A stretch of 63,780 nucleotides of DNA, counting the filler, from an uncultured Methanosarcinales archaeon (GTDB lineage Archaea > Nanobdellota > Nanobdellia > Woesearchaeales > CAZKBD01): NCBI GenBank assembly GCA_964550945.1. It is 3 parts of 3 records of this genome, joined end to end, with 100 filler letters (N's around TTAATTAATTAA, not from the genome) between each part and the next. Parts side by side here need not be neighbours in the genome. Positions count along the whole stretch, not along the records: positions 57,915 to 63,780 come from CAZKBD010000099.1; 2 more parts are not named here. The stretch is one strand, 5' to 3'. The notes beneath the pieces were generated by a model, which made no database searches, was not told the DNA's origin, and worked only from the letters and a program-made list of their open reading frames with translations. The translations under genes and the position numbers were made by a program. Positions 61,552 to 63,780 of the stretch are shown here, piece by piece; position 1 is the first letter of the stretch, and each line of letters begins with the position of its first letter.

Positions 61552-62952
61552 TTAACCTAAAATTATTTTTTCAACTTCCTTCTTCGCTTTTTCCAGTTCT
61601 TCTTTAGCTTCTTTCTGCAAACTTTCAGCTTTTTGCATTCGTTTTTTTACTTCTTCAGCGATTTTGTTTTGAACAGCAAGAGGAGGCAGAGGGATCTTTA
61701 CATTTCCTAAATCATCAGAATATAAATGAGAGGTTTGTCCTCTTTTTTCTCTATTGACAAACAGATAATACTCATTTAGTTTTAATATAGCTAAAATATA
61801 ATATGGATTAACTTTTTCCGTGTCAGCTCTAATATTTATTAATTCGCCTACAAAATAAATATTTTTCTCTTTAAGATTATTTGGCATCTCAACTATGCAG
61901 GGATTTTTTCCTAAATATTCTCCTTGATGAGCAGAAGATAAGAGCAAAACATCTTTATCCTTTATGGTTTTAACCGCGGGAACACCATCTTTAAAATAAG
62001 AAAGATTATCCCATTTGATTTTATTATGCTTTAAACAGCTTACTTTTAAGATTAAATTGCCTTCCTCTGCGTAATCTTCTTTTGCAGGAGTTTTTCCATT
62101 AAAAATATCTTCTGCAACATCTTTTAATTTAGTTAATGTAATTTTGCTTTTTTGTAAATCTGCAAGAAGTCTTTTAAATTTAGGGTTAAAATAATATGGG
62201 TCATTTCTGCTATTTTCTAATTCCTCTGAATTTATGCAGTATATTTTATCTTCTTTTATTGGTGAGAATTTTATCCCTAATTCATTAAGAACATAATCAT
62301 TTAATGAGTCAAGAAGTTTTAGAGCTTCTGACTCTATTTTCTGTTTTTGTATTATAGCTTTTTCATAAACATCTACTATCTTAGCGTTAAATATGATTGG
62401 AATTGATTTTAAAGCCTCATAATCTAACGCGGGTCGCGTTCCGCCAGTGGCTCGTTTTGTCGCAAGTTTTTCTCCTACATCTGAATTAAGAAATGCAGCT
62501 AATACTTTACTTGTCTCTTCATCTCTAGTTTGAATAACGACTAAATGCTGATTAATATTCCCAACAAAACCTCTAGGTGCAACAGAAGACACCGCCATTC
62601 TACCAACGCCAGTAATTTTAATTAAAAGATTATACTCTTTAACTTGGCTTCTTTTTAACATTCCATCATGGGTTTCTTTATTGATAAATTTGACCTCTTC
62701 AAGATTCAATCCTTCTGGTGTAACGTTCTGTACTCGTAAAAATGTAATACCTTCAGCTTCGTCTGAATAATAGGTCTTAGCTTCTTTTATATCTGGTGTT
62801 GCTCCTCCAGAAATCGAAAGAATATAATCATTAAGTTTCTTCTTTGAGATGCTTTTAATTTTTTTATCTAACTGCGTATATTCTGGTCTGTAAAAATGAC
62901 AGTCAAGTCTTCCCTCAATTTCGTCAGCGAATATAGTAAAACATTCAGGCAT
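61552..62952 (-). CDS. hsdS: Restriction-modification specificity subunit with two TRDs
   Basis: RLDCHFY/RNDPYYF repeats, GATP/GKTP, IPLPPLAVQNKI. Confidence 0.88.
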   Translation of the reverse strand: MPECFTIFADEIEGRLDCHFYRPEYTQLDKKIKSISKKKLNDYILSISGGATPDIKEAKTYYSDEAEGITFLRVQNVTPEGLNLEEVKFINKETHDGMLKRSQVKEYNLLIKITGVGRMAVSSVAPRGFVGNINQHLVVIQTRDEETSKVLAAFLNSDVGEKLATKRATGGTRPALDYEALKSIPIIFNAKIVDVYEKAIIQKQKIESEALKLLDSLNDYVLNELGIKFSPIKEDKIYCINSEELENSRNDPYYFNPKFKRLLADLQKSKITLTKLKDVAEDIFNGKTPAKEDYAEEGNLILKVSCLKHNKIKWDNLSYFKDGVPAVKTIKDKDVLLLSSAHQGEYLGKNPCIVEMPNNLKEKNIYFVGELINIRADTEKVNPYYILAILKLNEYYLFVNREKRGQTSHLYSDDLGNVKIPLPPLAVQNKIAEEVKKRMQKAESLQKEAKEELEKAKKEVEKIILG

Positions 62953-63502
62953 TTTTATCTTCCTCTGTCTTCTTTCTTCTTAATTTTTTCCACAATAATT
63001 TTATTATTACATCAAGCCCGAACATTTTAATAACCATGCCAAACAAAGTCAGGGAAATTAAACTAATAGCTAAATTTATCGTATAAAACTTATTCTCTAT
63101 TCTTTCAACATAGTTTAGAATATTATAATAATTATTGTTTATTGTTGGCAAATATTCTTTTTCTTTATACCCTTCTAATTCTTGAGATAAATCTTGAATT
63201 TCCTTTTCTTTTTCAGTAATTTGTCCTGTTAAATTAGAGATAAGTGTATCTTTTTCTCCAATCGTAGAATTTAGCGACTCTAATAAAGCTCGTAATTGGG
63301 ATATTTCTACATCTTTATTTGCTAATTGTTGTTTAAGTAATGCATTTTCATTGGTTAGTTTGTTAATCTCTGCTTGTTTCTCATCTGATCCTGTAAGAGA
63401 TTGAAATACTGGAATCATTGCTGAGATGAATACTATTAGGAAAAAAATGGCAACAATACCACCAATAATCGCTTGAATCTCAGCTTGACCTTTTTTATTC
63501 AT
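62945..63502 (-). CDS. Class III signal peptide, coiled-coil, C-terminal TM protein inside the RM operon
   Basis: MNKKG|QAEIQAIIGGIVAIFF; heptad region; LAISLISLTLFGMVI; overlaps the hsdS start. Confidence 0.75.
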   Translation of the reverse strand: MNKKGQAEIQAIIGGIVAIFFLIVFISAMIPVFQSLTGSDEKQAEINKLTNENALLKQQLANKDVEISQLRALLESLNSTIGEKDTLISNLTGQITEKEKEIQDLSQELEGYKEKEYLPTINNNYYNILNYVERIENKFYTINLAISLISLTLFGMVIKMFGLDVIIKLLWKKLRRKKTEEDKNA

Positions 63503-63506
63503 TATC

Positions 63507-63780
63507 TTAAACCCCTTTATACCCCTTTGGGCTTTTCTCAAACTTTTTGTATTCTTGCAGGATTGTGTTTAAGTCGTTGACTGGGTCTTTTCTTCCTGTT
63601 GCGTCATAGCCGATATGCTCGGCAATTGACATAAAAATAGGATAATTGCCTGCTCTCTCGTTGTCTTTTTTCTTTCTCACAAATACAAGAGAGGATTTAA
63701 CTCCTGCCCCAAAATGAGTAAATGCGATTTGAGGAAGTGAAACAACTGCTAAAATCTGCGACTTTTCCATTAAAAAATCT
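63507..63780 (-). CDS. C-terminus of an N6-adenine DNA methyltransferase (RM M or R-M subunit), partial
   Basis: AVVSLP..AF...GAGVKSSLVFVRK, IFMSIAEHIGYDATG. Confidence 0.8.
   Translation of the reverse strand, partial: DFLMEKSQILAVVSLPQIAFTHFGAGVKSSLVFVRKKKDNERAGNYPIFMSIAEHIGYDATGRKDPVNDLNTILQEYKKFEKSPKGYKGV

Overview
AT-rich window from a draft or metagenome-assembled archaeal genome, most likely DPANN/Woesearchaeota. This placement is inferred from GINS, ZPR1, Dph6, class III signal peptides, leaderless TATA promoters and a bacterial-type ThrRS. The window holds three concatenated contigs, joined by TTAATTAATTAA linkers at 28968-29067 and 57815-57914, plus two 100-N gaps. Contig 1 carries thrS, a pilin-like gene and a ~23 kb surface-protein locus. 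That locus consists of an 8-bp tandem repeat, an unannotated AbrB-type regulator, and two giant secreted mosaic proteins (>3100 aa and >4200 aa). The first has a subtilase and a PQQ-like propeller. Both have a GH9 glycoside hydrolase whose catalytic barrel is split by thrombospondin type 3 repeats, beta-helices, Cys-rich repeats and a terminal HF(S/T) domain. Contig 2 is unusually biosynthetic for this lineage (purN/purH/fhs, a Re-citrate-synthase-like/aconitase/IDH operon, glnA-amt-Lrp). It is interspersed with toxin-antitoxin-like genes and two copies of a structure-conserved twin-hairpin element centred on TGAGCATGCTCA, one of which appears inserted into the 5' end of a Bro-N gene. Contig 3 has an ilvD remnant, an NTase TA-like pair, housekeeping hydrolases and a restriction-modification operon with a pilin-signal membrane gene between M and S. 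No tRNA, rRNA, CRISPR array, transposase or integrase was seen. All family calls come from motif recognition; no database searches were run.
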